The translations under genes and the position numbers were made by a program. This document shows, one piece after another, positions 1-10,785 of a stretch of DNA of 64,000 nt. The stretch is from an uncultured Actinomycetota bacterium (GTDB taxonomy: Bacteria; Actinomycetota; Actinomycetes; CAWDCV01), in assembly GCA_963728125.1 (NCBI GenBank), contig CAVSIZ010000001.1:99142-163141 (forward strand). Direction: 5' to 3'. Position 1 is the stretch's first letter, and the number at the start of each line of letters is the position of its first letter. The notes below the pieces were generated by a model. The model did not search any database. It had not been told where the DNA came from and was given only the letters and a program-made list of their open reading frames with translations.

Positions 1-1298
1 TCGATCTCGGTCTTCTGGAAGCCGCGCTCGATCGCGGCCACCGCGCCGCCGAGCTCCTCGACCTGGCGCATCAGGTCGCGGGTGGCGGCCTCGATGTCGT
101 CGGTCATCGATTCGACGGCGTACGACCCGGCGAACGGATCGACAGTCGCCGTCACGTCGGTCTCGTACGCCAGGACCTGCTGGGTGCGTAAGGCGAGACG
201 CGCGGCCTTCTCCGTCGGCAGTGCGATCGCCTCGTCGTACGCATTCGTGTGCAACGACTGCGTGCCGCCGAGGACCGCGCCCAGTCCCTGCAGCGCGACC
301 CGGACGAGGTTGACCTCGGGTTGCTGCGCGGTGAGCTGCACGCCTGCGGTCTGAGTGTGGAAGCGCAGCATCTGCGACTTGGGATTGCGGGCACCAAACT
401 CGTCGCGCATCACCTGCGCCCAGATCCGTCGCGCCGCACGAAACTTCGCGATCTCCTCGAGCAGCGTCGTGCGCGCAACAAAGAAGAACGCGAGCCGCGG
501 AGCGAAGTCGTCGACGTCCTGGCCGGACGCCACCGCAGCGCGCACGTACTCGATGCCGTCAGCGAGCGTGAACGCGATCTCCTGCACAGGCGTCGCGCCA
601 GCCTCGGCCATGTGATAGCCGGAGATGGAGATCGTGTTCCAGCGCGGGATCTCGGCGCGGCAGTAGCGGAAGAGGTCGGTGACCAGTCGCAGCGACGGCT
701 TCGGCGGGAAGATGTAGGTGCCGCGAGCGATGTACTCCTTGAGCACGTCGTTCTGAATGGTGCCCGTCAGCTTCGCCGGGTCGACACCCTGCTCCTCGCC
801 GACGAGCTGATAGAGCAGCAGCAACAACGCAGCCGGGGCGTTGATGGTCATCGACGTCGACACCTGATCGAGCGGGATGCCGTCGAACAGCGTCCGCATG
901 TCATCGATGGAGTCGATGGCCACGCCGACCTTTCCGACCTCGCCGCTGGCGATCGGCGCGTCAGAGTCGTAGCCCATCTGCGTCGGTAGGTCGAAGGCCA
1001 CCGACAGCCCGGTCGTGCCGTGCTCGATGAGTTGGTGGTAGCGGCGGTTCGACTCGGTCGCGGTGCCGAAGCCGGCGTACTGGCGCATCGTCCAGGGCCG
1101 GCCGGTGTACATCGAGCCGTAGACGCCGCGCGTGTACGGGTACTCGCCGGGCGCACCGAGCCGCTCGTCGGGATCCCAGTCGGACAGCGCCGCCGGCCCG
1201 TAGACCGGCTCGATCGGCAGCCCTGACTCCGACTCGCGGCTCACGTCCGCAGGGTATCCCTCGTCATTCGGGTCCCATGTCGTCAGCAGAGGCGGCAT
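1..1298 (-). CDS. Methylmalonyl-CoA mutase family large (substrate-binding) subunit, IcmA/MutB-like. N-terminal about 432 aa are present; the gene runs off the window start.
   Basis: Minus-strand translation from the ATG at 1298 gives [19 protein letters not shown]...EPVYGP...GEYPYTRG...RQYAGFG...[15 protein letters not shown], the hallmark motifs of the MCM/ICM family. The frame stays open to position 1. Confidence 0.85.
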   Translation of the reverse strand, partial: MPPLLTTWDPNDEGYPADVSRESESGLPIEPVYGPAALSDWDPDERLGAPGEYPYTRGVYGSMYTGRPWTMRQYAGFGTATESNRRYHQLIEHGTTGLSVAFDLPTQMGYDSDAPIASGEVGKVGVAIDSIDDMRTLFDGIPLDQVSTSMTINAPAALLLLLYQLVGEEQGVDPAKLTGTIQNDVLKEYIARGTYIFPPKPSLRLVTDLFRYCRAEIPRWNTISISGYHMAEAGATPVQEIAFTLADGIEYVRAAVASGQDVDDFAPRLAFFFVARTTLLEEIAKFRAARRIWAQVMRDEFGARNPKSQMLRFHTQTAGVQLTAQQPEVNLVRVALQGLGAVLGGTQSLHTNAYDEAIALPTEKAARLALRTQQVLAYETDVTATVDPFAGSYAVESMTDDIEAATRDLMRQVEELGGAVAAIERGFQKTEI

Positions 1299-1313
1299 TA
1301 CGCTAGCCGCACC

Positions 1314-2486
1314 ATGCGCCGCGCCGTCCGTGCCCTCGTTGCGGTGCTGATCGTTGTCGCTGTGCCGCTGACGGCTACTGGCACGGCCACCGCCCAGCCG
1401 ACAGGTCCTGTTGGTGGAACGCGACTGGGCGAAGCGAACGTCACGATCTGGTCCGGTGCCCCTGGCGTCGCACCGCCGCCGGAGCCGCTCGTGTCGGCCT
1501 GGCTCATCGCCGATGCCACTACGGGCGCGGTCCTCGCCGCTCGCAATCCGCACCAGCGGCTGAGGCCTGCCAGCACGCTCAAGACGCTCACCGCACTGAC
1601 GCTGCTGCCGCGCCTCGACCCGGCCGCGAGCTACACCGCGGTCGATGCCGACGCACTGCAGGACGGCAGCCGAGTAGGCATGGTGCCCGGAACGACGTAC
1701 AGCATTCCGTCACTGTTCGACGGGCTGCTGATGTCGTCCGGCAATGATGCTGCCCACGCCCTGGCCAATGCTGCAGGGGGTTTCGGGCCCACCGTCGCGT
1801 TGATGAACGAGACGGCGCGCGAACTGCAGGCGTACGACACCGTCGCCGCGAATCCGAGCGGACTCGACGATGACGTTCAGGTGACGTCGGTGTACGACCT
1901 CGCGCTGATCGCCCGCGCTGGGCTTGCTCGCGAGGACTTTCGCAGCTACGTCGCGAAGCAGCGCTCGTACTTCGGTGGCGTCGACGGCTCGAACGGCTTC
2001 GAGATCCAGAACCACAACAAGCTGCTCGCCAACTACCCCGGCGCCATCGGCGTCAAGACCGGCTACACGTCGGTGAGCCTGCACTCGATCGTCGGCGCGG
2101 CAAGCCGCGACGGGCGAACGCTCATCGTCGCCATTCTCGGTGCTCAGACGACGCCCTGGCCCGATGCTGCTGCGCTCCTCGACTGGGGTTTCGCACAGGC
2201 TGCGACAACAGCGTCCGTCGGCACCCTGGTCGGACGGCGAGCGGCCGAGCCGACACCCACGCCCACGGCCGTCGTGTCAGCGGCCACGGATCCCAGCCCG
2301 CGCGGGGAGTCAACGTCGCAGGCTGCACTCAGGGCCTGGGAACCCCAGTCGTGGGAGTACGTCGCCGTCGGGACGATCGTGCTACTCGGCGCCGCAGCTA
2401 CGACGGTTGGCGTTCGGTCGCGACGGCGTCGACAGCGACGACTGAGCCGGATGCGCACGGCAGCGCTGCGAGCGGGACGACGCTAG
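1314..2486 (+). CDS. D-alanyl-D-alanine carboxypeptidase (peptidase S11, PBP5/6-like) with signal peptide and C-terminal membrane anchor
   Basis: Carries the STLK (SxxK), SGN and KTG motifs in canonical order. It has an N-terminal hydrophobic signal and a C-terminal hydrophobic anchor followed by an Arg-rich tail. Confidence 0.85.
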   Translation: MRRAVRALVAVLIVVAVPLTATGTATAQPTGPVGGTRLGEANVTIWSGAPGVAPPPEPLVSAWLIADATTGAVLAARNPHQRLRPASTLKTLTALTLLPRLDPAASYTAVDADALQDGSRVGMVPGTTYSIPSLFDGLLMSSGNDAAHALANAAGGFGPTVALMNETARELQAYDTVAANPSGLDDDVQVTSVYDLALIARAGLAREDFRSYVAKQRSYFGGVDGSNGFEIQNHNKLLANYPGAIGVKTGYTSVSLHSIVGAASRDGRTLIVAILGAQTTPWPDAAALLDWGFAQAATTASVGTLVGRRAAEPTPTPTAVVSAATDPSPRGESTSQAALRAWEPQSWEYVAVGTIVLLGAAATTVGVRSRRRRQRRLSRMRTAALRAGRR

Positions 2487-2493
2487 AGCGCAG

Positions 2494-3525
2494 CTAGTCG
2501 GGGCGCTTGCGACGCAGCAGCGCCATCGCGAGGACCGCGATGCCCGCGCCGACGAGCCCGCGGCGACGCTTCTTCGCGCCCACTGTCTCTTGACTAGTCG
2601 GCGGCGCCGCCGGTAGCTCGACCGGCGCCGGCCCGGCGGCTGGAGCACCTGCCAGCGTTACGGTCCACGACGCCGCGAGAATCAGCAGCCGCGCGACGAT
2701 GTCGATCCAGATCAGCAACCCGATGACGAGCGCGATGGTCGCGTACACCGGGTTTCGCATTGCTCCAAGCAGGCTCGTGGCAAGCAGCTTGACCAGCTCG
2801 ACACCTATGGCGCCGAGGAACGCTCCCTTGACAGCGTCGCGCCATGGCGGCGATGCCCCCGACAGGCGGAGGAACAGCACCAGGATGACGACCGTATCCA
2901 GCAGCAACGCGAGAGCAATCGTCAGCGCCGAGAACAGCACGCGCGCGATCCCCGAGTCCGCCAAGCCGACGGCATCGAGCAGCACGTTCGCGAACGACGT
3001 CGTGACGGACGAGACCGCGACGGACGCGATGATGATGACCCCGACGACGAGAAGCAGCAGCACGTCGGCGAGCTTGCGGAGCACGAAGTTGACCTTCACG
3101 TCGCCCTTGCTCCAGACCACGTGCAGCGCTTCGCGAATCGCGTCGACCAGTCCGGTGCCGGTGAACAGCAAAAGGATGGCGCCGATAACACCGGCAGTTG
3201 TCGCCGCATCCTTCAGCGTTTCCGGGTTGATAGGCGCGTCCTCACCGCCGACGAACCCGGGCAGCGCGTCTCCAATGGCGTCGAAGACCTGTTGCTCGAC
3301 GTCCGGGTTGTTCGCGAGCACGATGCCGAACGCCGCGAAGGCAATCGCGAGCAAGGGAAACAGGGACAGGAAGCCGAAGTACGTGACTGCAGCGGCCAGC
3401 CGGTTGCCCTTGACCGTGGTGAAGTGCTGGTACGCGCGGATGGCGTGATCGAGCCAACCGAACCGCTCACGCAGCCGCGCCAGCAATGCTTTCGCGCGAG
3501 CAATCAGCTTCTTCAGGCCCGACAT
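2494..3525 (-). CDS. YihY/BrkB family polytopic membrane protein
   Basis: 343 aa with about 6 TM helices and the YihY-type pattern (FGFLSLFPLLAIAFA...). The C-terminus is a basic tail. Confidence 0.8.
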   Translation of the reverse strand: MSGLKKLIARAKALLARLRERFGWLDHAIRAYQHFTTVKGNRLAAAVTYFGFLSLFPLLAIAFAAFGIVLANNPDVEQQVFDAIGDALPGFVGGEDAPINPETLKDAATTAGVIGAILLLFTGTGLVDAIREALHVVWSKGDVKVNFVLRKLADVLLLLVVGVIIIASVAVSSVTTSFANVLLDAVGLADSGIARVLFSALTIALALLLDTVVILVLFLRLSGASPPWRDAVKGAFLGAIGVELVKLLATSLLGAMRNPVYATIALVIGLLIWIDIVARLLILAASWTVTLAGAPAAGPAPVELPAAPPTSQETVGAKKRRRGLVGAGIAVLAMALLRRKRPD

Positions 3526-3534
3526 GGCGGCAAC

Positions 3535-4077
3535 CTACCCGCGAAGGCCCTCACCGAAAGAAAAGTCACGCTCCGGGCGCCACACGCCGTCACGACCGTG
3601 CTCGTACAGACTGAACCCGTCGACGGTAAACGTGGCGTCGTAGTCCTCCAGGGCGCGGCACGCCGCGTCGAGTCGCTCGTCCGGCAGGTCATGGGCGATG
3701 GTGACGTGCGGGTGGTAGTTGAAGCGCAGTTCGCGATCCAACGGTCCCGAGCGAATCTGCTTCTCCAGGCGCTCGCAGTCGCTGATGCCTTCCGCAACGG
3801 CGACGAACACGACGGGCGACACCGGCCGGAACGACGCGGTTCCTCGAAGGTGGAGCGAAAACGGCAGCTCCCCCTCGGCGATTCTCAGCAGGTGCTTCTC
3901 GAGGGCGCCACAGTCCGGGACCTCGGTCGGCGGAAGCAGGGTCACATGGCTGGGAATCGCGCCCGCGAGCGGGTCGCCGAAGTGCTCGCGCCAGCGTTGC
4001 AGCTCCTGGCCGAATGGCTCGGGGATCGCGATCGCGACCCCGATGGTTCGTGACCGGGGCTTGTCGGGCTTGTCCAC
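3535..4077 (-). CDS. 2'-5' RNA ligase / 2H phosphoesterase (LigT-like)
   Basis: Two H-x-T/S-x motifs (HVTLLP and HVTIAH) with LigT-typical spacing. The start is taken as the GTG at 4077, 7 nt after the trpS stop. The alternative ATG at 4176 would overlap trpS by 92 nt. Confidence 0.7.
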   Translation of the reverse strand: MDKPDKPRSRTIGVAIAIPEPFGQELQRWREHFGDPLAGAIPSHVTLLPPTEVPDCGALEKHLLRIAEGELPFSLHLRGTASFRPVSPVVFVAVAEGISDCERLEKQIRSGPLDRELRFNYHPHVTIAHDLPDERLDAACRALEDYDATFTVDGFSLYEHGRDGVWRPERDFSFGEGLRG

Positions 4078-4084
4078 CGGCGCC

Positions 4085-6519
<2,435 letters not shown>

Positions 6520-6550
6520 CAGCCCAGTCTACGAGCGTCCGATCAGCGAC

Positions 6551-6600
6551 CTCGTGTCAGAGGCTCGCGCGGCTATGACCGCGCCACGTTCTGACACGAG
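6551..6600. repeat. 50-bp near-palindromic hairpin element (family 3, copy 1): CTCGTGTCAGA-N5-GCGCGGCTATGACCGCGCC-N5-TCTGACACGAG
   Basis: Read directly from the sequence. It is about 90% identical, in reverse complement, to the element at 28016..28063. It lies 31 nt upstream of the CNNM start codon. Confidence 0.8.
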
Positions 6601-6603
6601 ATC

Positions 6604-7077
6604 TCAGCCGACCTGGACGGTCACCTCGTTGGAGAGGATCAGCTGGCCGTCCGGGCCAGGGGTCGCGATGCGGAAGCCGTTGGCGCCGACCCGCGCCGTC
6701 TGGATGCCGATGGCAAACGTCCCGTCCTCGTTCGGTTCGCTGACGATCGGCTCGTCTTCGGGGAAGCCTTCCCAGTCGCCTTCGTCGAGCCGGCGCTGCA
6801 CCTGGAGCTGCTCACCACCACTTCCCCCGCTCACCTGGCCGGTGAGCTCGAAGCGGTTGTTCGCGGTCGCACTTTCCGGCGCCGTCAGCTCGATGGTCAC
6901 CGAGGAAACGGGCGGTGCAGTCGGCGACGGCGTAGGAGTGCTCAGGGGCGCTGTCGTGGCTGGCGCGCCACTGGGATCGGTCCCGTCGGGTGCGGTGGCC
7001 GCGCCGATCGCGACGCCGACGACCGCAGCCAGCACCACGACGACGACAGCGAGCCCCCCGAATGCTCGCGGCGTCAC
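6604..7077 (-). CDS. Hypothetical membrane-anchored protein (single TM, Pro/Thr-rich linker, C-terminal globular region)
   Basis: ORF directly downstream of mdh. The GTG at 7077 (VTPRAFGG) is preferred because 7078..7190 is occupied by the family-2 repeat. The alternative ATG at 7194 overlaps the mdh stop (TGATG) and would put a repeat-encoded N-terminus on the protein. Confidence 0.45.
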   Translation of the reverse strand: MTPRAFGGLAVVVVVLAAVVGVAIGAATAPDGTDPSGAPATTAPLSTPTPSPTAPPVSSVTIELTAPESATANNRFELTGQVSGGSGGEQLQVQRRLDEGDWEGFPEDEPIVSEPNEDGTFAIGIQTARVGANGFRIATPGPDGQLILSNEVTVQVG

Positions 7078-7190
7078 TGGTCGCGCTCGCCCCCTCGCTC
7101 GTTCCTCGCTCGGCCGCTCGCACGCCTCCTCAATGCTCGCGGCGTCACTGGTCGCGCTCTCCCCTCGCTCGGCTGCCGGGCTGCCCGGTG
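7059..7190. repeat. Family-2 GC-rich motif, tandem pair: one full copy (7075..7120) and one internally deleted copy (7145..7176)
   Basis: CACTGGTCGCGCTCGCC-NNN-TCGCTCGTTCCTCGCTCG-GCC-GCTCG, followed by a copy lacking the segment between the two TCGCTCG direct repeats. Both are preceded by the shared leader (C/G)AATGCTCGCGGCGT. Related copies are at 9368..9421 and 17634..17687. Confidence 0.8.
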
Positions 7191-7193
7191 TCA

Positions 7194-8153
7194 TCAGAGG
7201 CTGTCGACGTCCGCTTGCTTGGCGCGTACGGCCTCGGCGGCCTGCTGCAGCGCCGCCCGCTCGTCGTCGGTGAGGTCGCGCTCGACGATGCGGCGGACGC
7301 CCTCCGCACCGATCTCGGCCTCCACACCGAGGTAGACGCCGGAGATGCCGTACTCGCCGTCCACCCACGCGCACACGGGCAGGACGGTCCCCGAGTCCTC
7401 AGCAACGGCGCGTGCCATCCGGGCGGCCGCCGCCGACGGGGCGTAGTAGGCCGAACCGGTCTTGAGCAGGGCGACGACTTCAGCACCCCCATTGCGGGTA
7501 CGCGTCACCAGCTCCTCAACGGTGTCGGAGTCGAGCAGTTCGCTCAGCGGACGCTCGACACCGTCAACCTCGATCACGCACGCGCTCGGCACGGGGACCA
7601 TGGTGTCGCCGTGGCTGCCGAGCGTCAGCGTGCGTACCGAGCGAACGGGGACGTCGAGCTTCTCGGCGACGAAGTACGTGAACCGGGCCGTGTCGAGCAT
7701 GCCGGCCTGCCCCATTACGCGGTTCTTGGGAAAGCCGGAGACGTTCGACGCCAGCGCCGTCATCTCGTCGAGCGGATTGGACACCACGATGAGCACCGCG
7801 TCGGGCGAGTGCTTGACGATGTTGTCGGTCACCTCGCGGACGATGCGCGCGTTGGTCTCGAGCAGGTCCATCCGACTCATGCCTGGCTTGCGCGGCAGGC
7901 CGGCGGTGATGATGACGATCCCCGAGTCGGCCGTCGCTTCGTACCCGTCAGGACCCTTCGTCGTCTGCCCGACCACGGCGGTCTCGTAGCCCTCGATGGG
8001 CCGGGTCTGGTTGAGGTCGAGCGCGATCCCCTCGGGCCGGCCCTCGATGACGTCGGTGAGGACGACAGTGTCGAAGATGTCGTACTCCGCGAGTCGCTGC
8101 GCCGTGGTCGAGCCGTAGAAGCCGGCTCCGACCACGGTCACCTTGCTCGGCAT
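7194..8153 (-). CDS. mdh: Malate dehydrogenase (LDH-like MDH family)
   Basis: N-terminal VTVVGAGFYGSTTA Rossmann motif, with catalytic and substrate-binding signatures of the LDH/MDH family. The start ATG overlaps the icd stop (ATGA). Confidence 0.9.
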   Translation of the reverse strand: MPSKVTVVGAGFYGSTTAQRLAEYDIFDTVVLTDVIEGRPEGIALDLNQTRPIEGYETAVVGQTTKGPDGYEATADSGIVIITAGLPRKPGMSRMDLLETNARIVREVTDNIVKHSPDAVLIVVSNPLDEMTALASNVSGFPKNRVMGQAGMLDTARFTYFVAEKLDVPVRSVRTLTLGSHGDTMVPVPSACVIEVDGVERPLSELLDSDTVEELVTRTRNGGAEVVALLKTGSAYYAPSAAAARMARAVAEDSGTVLPVCAWVDGEYGISGVYLGVEAEIGAEGVRRIVERDLTDDERAALQQAAEAVRAKQADVDSL

Positions 8154-9370
8154 CAGCTCTCCATCTTTCGCTGCAGGTTGTCATTCAGTGCGCCGAGGAA
8201 CTCCTCGGTGGTCAGCCACTCCTGATCTGGACCGATGAGGAGGGCCAAGTCCTTGGTCATCTTCCCGTCCTCGACAGTCTCCACACAGACCTGCTCGAGC
8301 GCCTCGGCGAATGCCGTGACCTCCGGCGTGCCGTCGAGCTTGCCGCGGTGCCCGAGCCCTTGAGTCCACGCGAAGATCGACGCGATGGGATTGGTCGATG
8401 TGGGCTTGCCCTGCTGGTGCTGGCGGTAATGCCGGGTCACCGTGCCATGAGCGGCCTCCGCCTCAACCGTGCGGCCATCCGGCGTCATCAGCACCGACGT
8501 CATCAGCCCGAGCGAGCCGAAGCCCTGGGCGACCACGTCGGACTCGACGTCACCGTCGTAGTTCTTGCACGCCCAGACGTAGCCGCCCTCCCACTTCAGC
8601 GCGGCGGCCACCATGTCGTCGATGAGCCGGTGCTCGTAGGTCAGCCCGGCCTGCTCGAAGTCGGCCTTGAATTCTGTCTCGTACATCTCGGCGAAGATGT
8701 CCTTGAACCGACCGTCGTACGCCTTGAGGATTGTGTTCTTGGTCGACAGGTAGAGCGGGTAGCCGCGGTCAAGCGCGTAGCGGAACGAGGCCCGCGCGAA
8801 GTCGCGGATCGAGTCGTCGAAGTTGTACATGCCGAGCGCGACGCCGGAGCCGGGGAAGTCGGCGACCTCGAACTCCATCGGCTCGCCGCCGTCAGCCGGC
8901 GTGAACGCGATGGTCACGGTGCCGGGGCCCGGCACCACGAAGTCGGTCGCCTTGTACTGGTCGCCGTGCGCGTGCCGCCCGATGATGATCGGCTTGGTCC
9001 AGCCGGGCACCAGCCGCGGCACGTTGCTGATGATGATCGGCTCGCGGAAGATGACGCCGCCGAGGATGTTGCGGATCGTCCCGTTGGGCGAACGCCACAT
9101 CTTCTTCAGGCCGAACTCCTCGACCCGCGCCTCGTCAGGCGTGATCGTGGCGCACTTGACGCCGACGCCGTGCTCCTTGATGGCGTACGCGGCGTCGACT
9201 GTTACCTGATCGTCGGTCTGGTCACGGTTCTGGATGGACAGGTCGAAGTACCGCAGGTCGACGTCGAGGTAGGGCAGGATCAGCCGTTCCTTGATGAACG
9301 CCCAGAGGATTCGGGTCATCTCGTCGCCGTCGAGCTCGACGATGGGGTTCTCGACTTTGATCGGAGTCAT
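8153..9370 (-). CDS. icd: NADP-dependent isocitrate dehydrogenase, eukaryotic-like IDH1 type (about 405 aa)
   Basis: Full-length match to the type-I 'eukaryotic' IDH pattern ([21 protein letters not shown]...). Its stop overlaps the mdh start. Confidence 0.9.
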   Translation of the reverse strand: MTPIKVENPIVELDGDEMTRILWAFIKERLILPYLDVDLRYFDLSIQNRDQTDDQVTVDAAYAIKEHGVGVKCATITPDEARVEEFGLKKMWRSPNGTIRNILGGVIFREPIIISNVPRLVPGWTKPIIIGRHAHGDQYKATDFVVPGPGTVTIAFTPADGGEPMEFEVADFPGSGVALGMYNFDDSIRDFARASFRYALDRGYPLYLSTKNTILKAYDGRFKDIFAEMYETEFKADFEQAGLTYEHRLIDDMVAAALKWEGGYVWACKNYDGDVESDVVAQGFGSLGLMTSVLMTPDGRTVEAEAAHGTVTRHYRQHQQGKPTSTNPIASIFAWTQGLGHRGKLDGTPEVTAFAEALEQVCVETVEDGKMTKDLALLIGPDQEWLTTEEFLGALNDNLQRKMES

Positions 9371-9421
9371 TGGTCGCGCTCGCCTTCTCGCTCGTTCCTC
9401 GTTCGGCGGCTCGGCTGCTCC
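9368..9421. repeat. Family-2 GC-rich 54-nt motif (CATTGGTCGCGCTCGCC-TTC-TCGCTCGTTCCTCGTTCG-GCG-GCTCGGCTGCTCC); it contains the icd start codon
   Basis: Read from the sequence. The icd ATG is the 'CAT' at 9368-9370, inside the motif's terminal CCAATG (gene sense). Confidence 0.8.
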
Positions 9422-9486
9422 ATGACGCGGCCCTTCCTACTCGCAGCTTCCTCGCGACGTCGTCCCCGGCTCCGGCAGGCTATCCC

Positions 9487-9807
9487 TCAATCCGGGGGCG
9501 GGACGACGACCGACAGGGCGACGAGGACAACGCCAAGCAGGGCCGTCGCGACGATGTCGAACCCGCGACTTCGTACGGCCAGTAGTCCCACGACCCGAGC
9601 CGGCAGCACGGCGCGAAGCACTGCGGCGAGTATGAGGGCGGCACCCAGCACCACACAGCCGCGCTTCACGTGGTTGGTCGCGACGAGCGTCATGGCCACG
9701 GCGGCAACGAGCAGGACGAGGACGAACGGCCACTCGCCGAAGCGTCTCGGCCGCGCTCGGGGCGCGACGGCTGGCGGCCGCGGTTTGGTCCCGCGATCGG
9801 CAGCCAT
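9487..9807 (-). CDS. DUF3017-like small membrane protein
   Basis: 106 aa with two TM helices, directly downstream of folD and overlapping its stop. This is the usual genomic partner of folD in actinobacteria. Confidence 0.55.
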   Translation of the reverse strand: MAADRGTKPRPPAVAPRARPRRFGEWPFVLVLLVAAVAMTLVATNHVKRGCVVLGAALILAAVLRAVLPARVVGLLAVRSRGFDIVATALLGVVLVALSVVVPPPD

Positions 9808-10661
9808 TACTGCTTTTCCGCCGCTTCGACGACGTTAGTCAGCAGCATCGCCCGCGTCATGGGGCCGACCCCGCCGGGGATGGGCGCGATCCAGCTTGCG
9901 ACCTCAGCGGCGCTCGGATGGACGTCGCCGACCAGGCCCTCGTCGGTACGAGTAATGCCAACGTCGACAAGGACCGCCCCCGGCTTGACGTCATCGGCGG
10001 TGATGAAGCCCGGTGTGCCCGCGGCGGCGATGACGATGTCGGCGCGGCGCAGGTGGGCCGCAAGGTCCTTGGTGCCGGTGTGGCACTGCGTCACGGTGGC
10101 GTTCTCCGTACGGCGAGTCAGCAACAGCGCCAGCGACCGGCCAACGGTGATGCCGCGGCCAACGAGGACGACGTCGGCACCGTCGATGCGGATGTCGTAG
10201 CGCCGCAGCAGCTCGACGATGCCGCGCGGCGTTGCCTGCAGTGGCGCAGGTTGTCCCAGGACCAGCCGGCCGAGGTTGACCGGGTGCAGACCGTCCGCGT
10301 CCTTGACCGGATCGACAAGCTCGATGACGGCCAGCGGATCGAGACCACCGGGAAGCGGCAGCTGGACGAGGAACCCGGTGCAGGTCGGGTCGGCGTTGAG
10401 TTCCGCGACGACGTCCTCGACCTGCTGCTGCGACGCGGTGGCGGGCAGCTCGCGCTGGATGCTGTGGATGCCGACGGCGGCGCAGTCGCGGTGCTTGCCG
10501 GCGACGTAGGCGCGGCTGCCCGGGTCGTCGCCGACCAGCAGGGTGCCGAGGCCCGGCGTTCGGCCGGCGTCGGTGAGCGCGGCGACGCGAGCGGTGAGGT
10601 CGGCCTTGATGTCGGCCGCCACCGCCCGCCCGTCCAGAATCCGCGCCGTCACGCTCTTCAT
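9807..10661 (-). CDS. folD: Bifunctional methylenetetrahydrofolate dehydrogenase/cyclohydrolase
   Basis: Full-length FolD signatures (...GKHRDC..., PGGVGPMT). Confidence 0.9.
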   Translation of the reverse strand: MKSVTARILDGRAVAADIKADLTARVAALTDAGRTPGLGTLLVGDDPGSRAYVAGKHRDCAAVGIHSIQRELPATASQQQVEDVVAELNADPTCTGFLVQLPLPGGLDPLAVIELVDPVKDADGLHPVNLGRLVLGQPAPLQATPRGIVELLRRYDIRIDGADVVLVGRGITVGRSLALLLTRRTENATVTQCHTGTKDLAAHLRRADIVIAAAGTPGFITADDVKPGAVLVDVGITRTDEGLVGDVHPSAAEVASWIAPIPGGVGPMTRAMLLTNVVEAAEKQ

Positions 10662-10675
10662 CCTGACACCCGGAC

Positions 10676-10766
10676 GCCTCCCCCTTCGAAAGGATCATGG
10701 GCTTACGGCAACGACACGCCGGCAACTGCTTGCCGTAGGCCCATGATCCTTTCGGTAGGGAGGCGA
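10676..10766 (+). repeat. Family-1 hairpin element (MITE-like): 14-bp TIR AAAGGATCATGGGC / GCCCATGATCCTTT, loop core CAACGACACGCCGG; the IR extends to about 35 bp
   Basis: Terminal inverted repeats at 10689..10702 and 10739..10752 are perfect. The core is at 10709..10722. Near-identical copies lie at 55358..55432 (same orientation) and 56531..56602 (inverted), and a variant at 44780..44851. It sits 15 nt upstream of the folD start, between purH and folD. Confidence 0.85.
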
Positions 10767-10785
10767 GGCGGGGGTCGGGCCCAGG

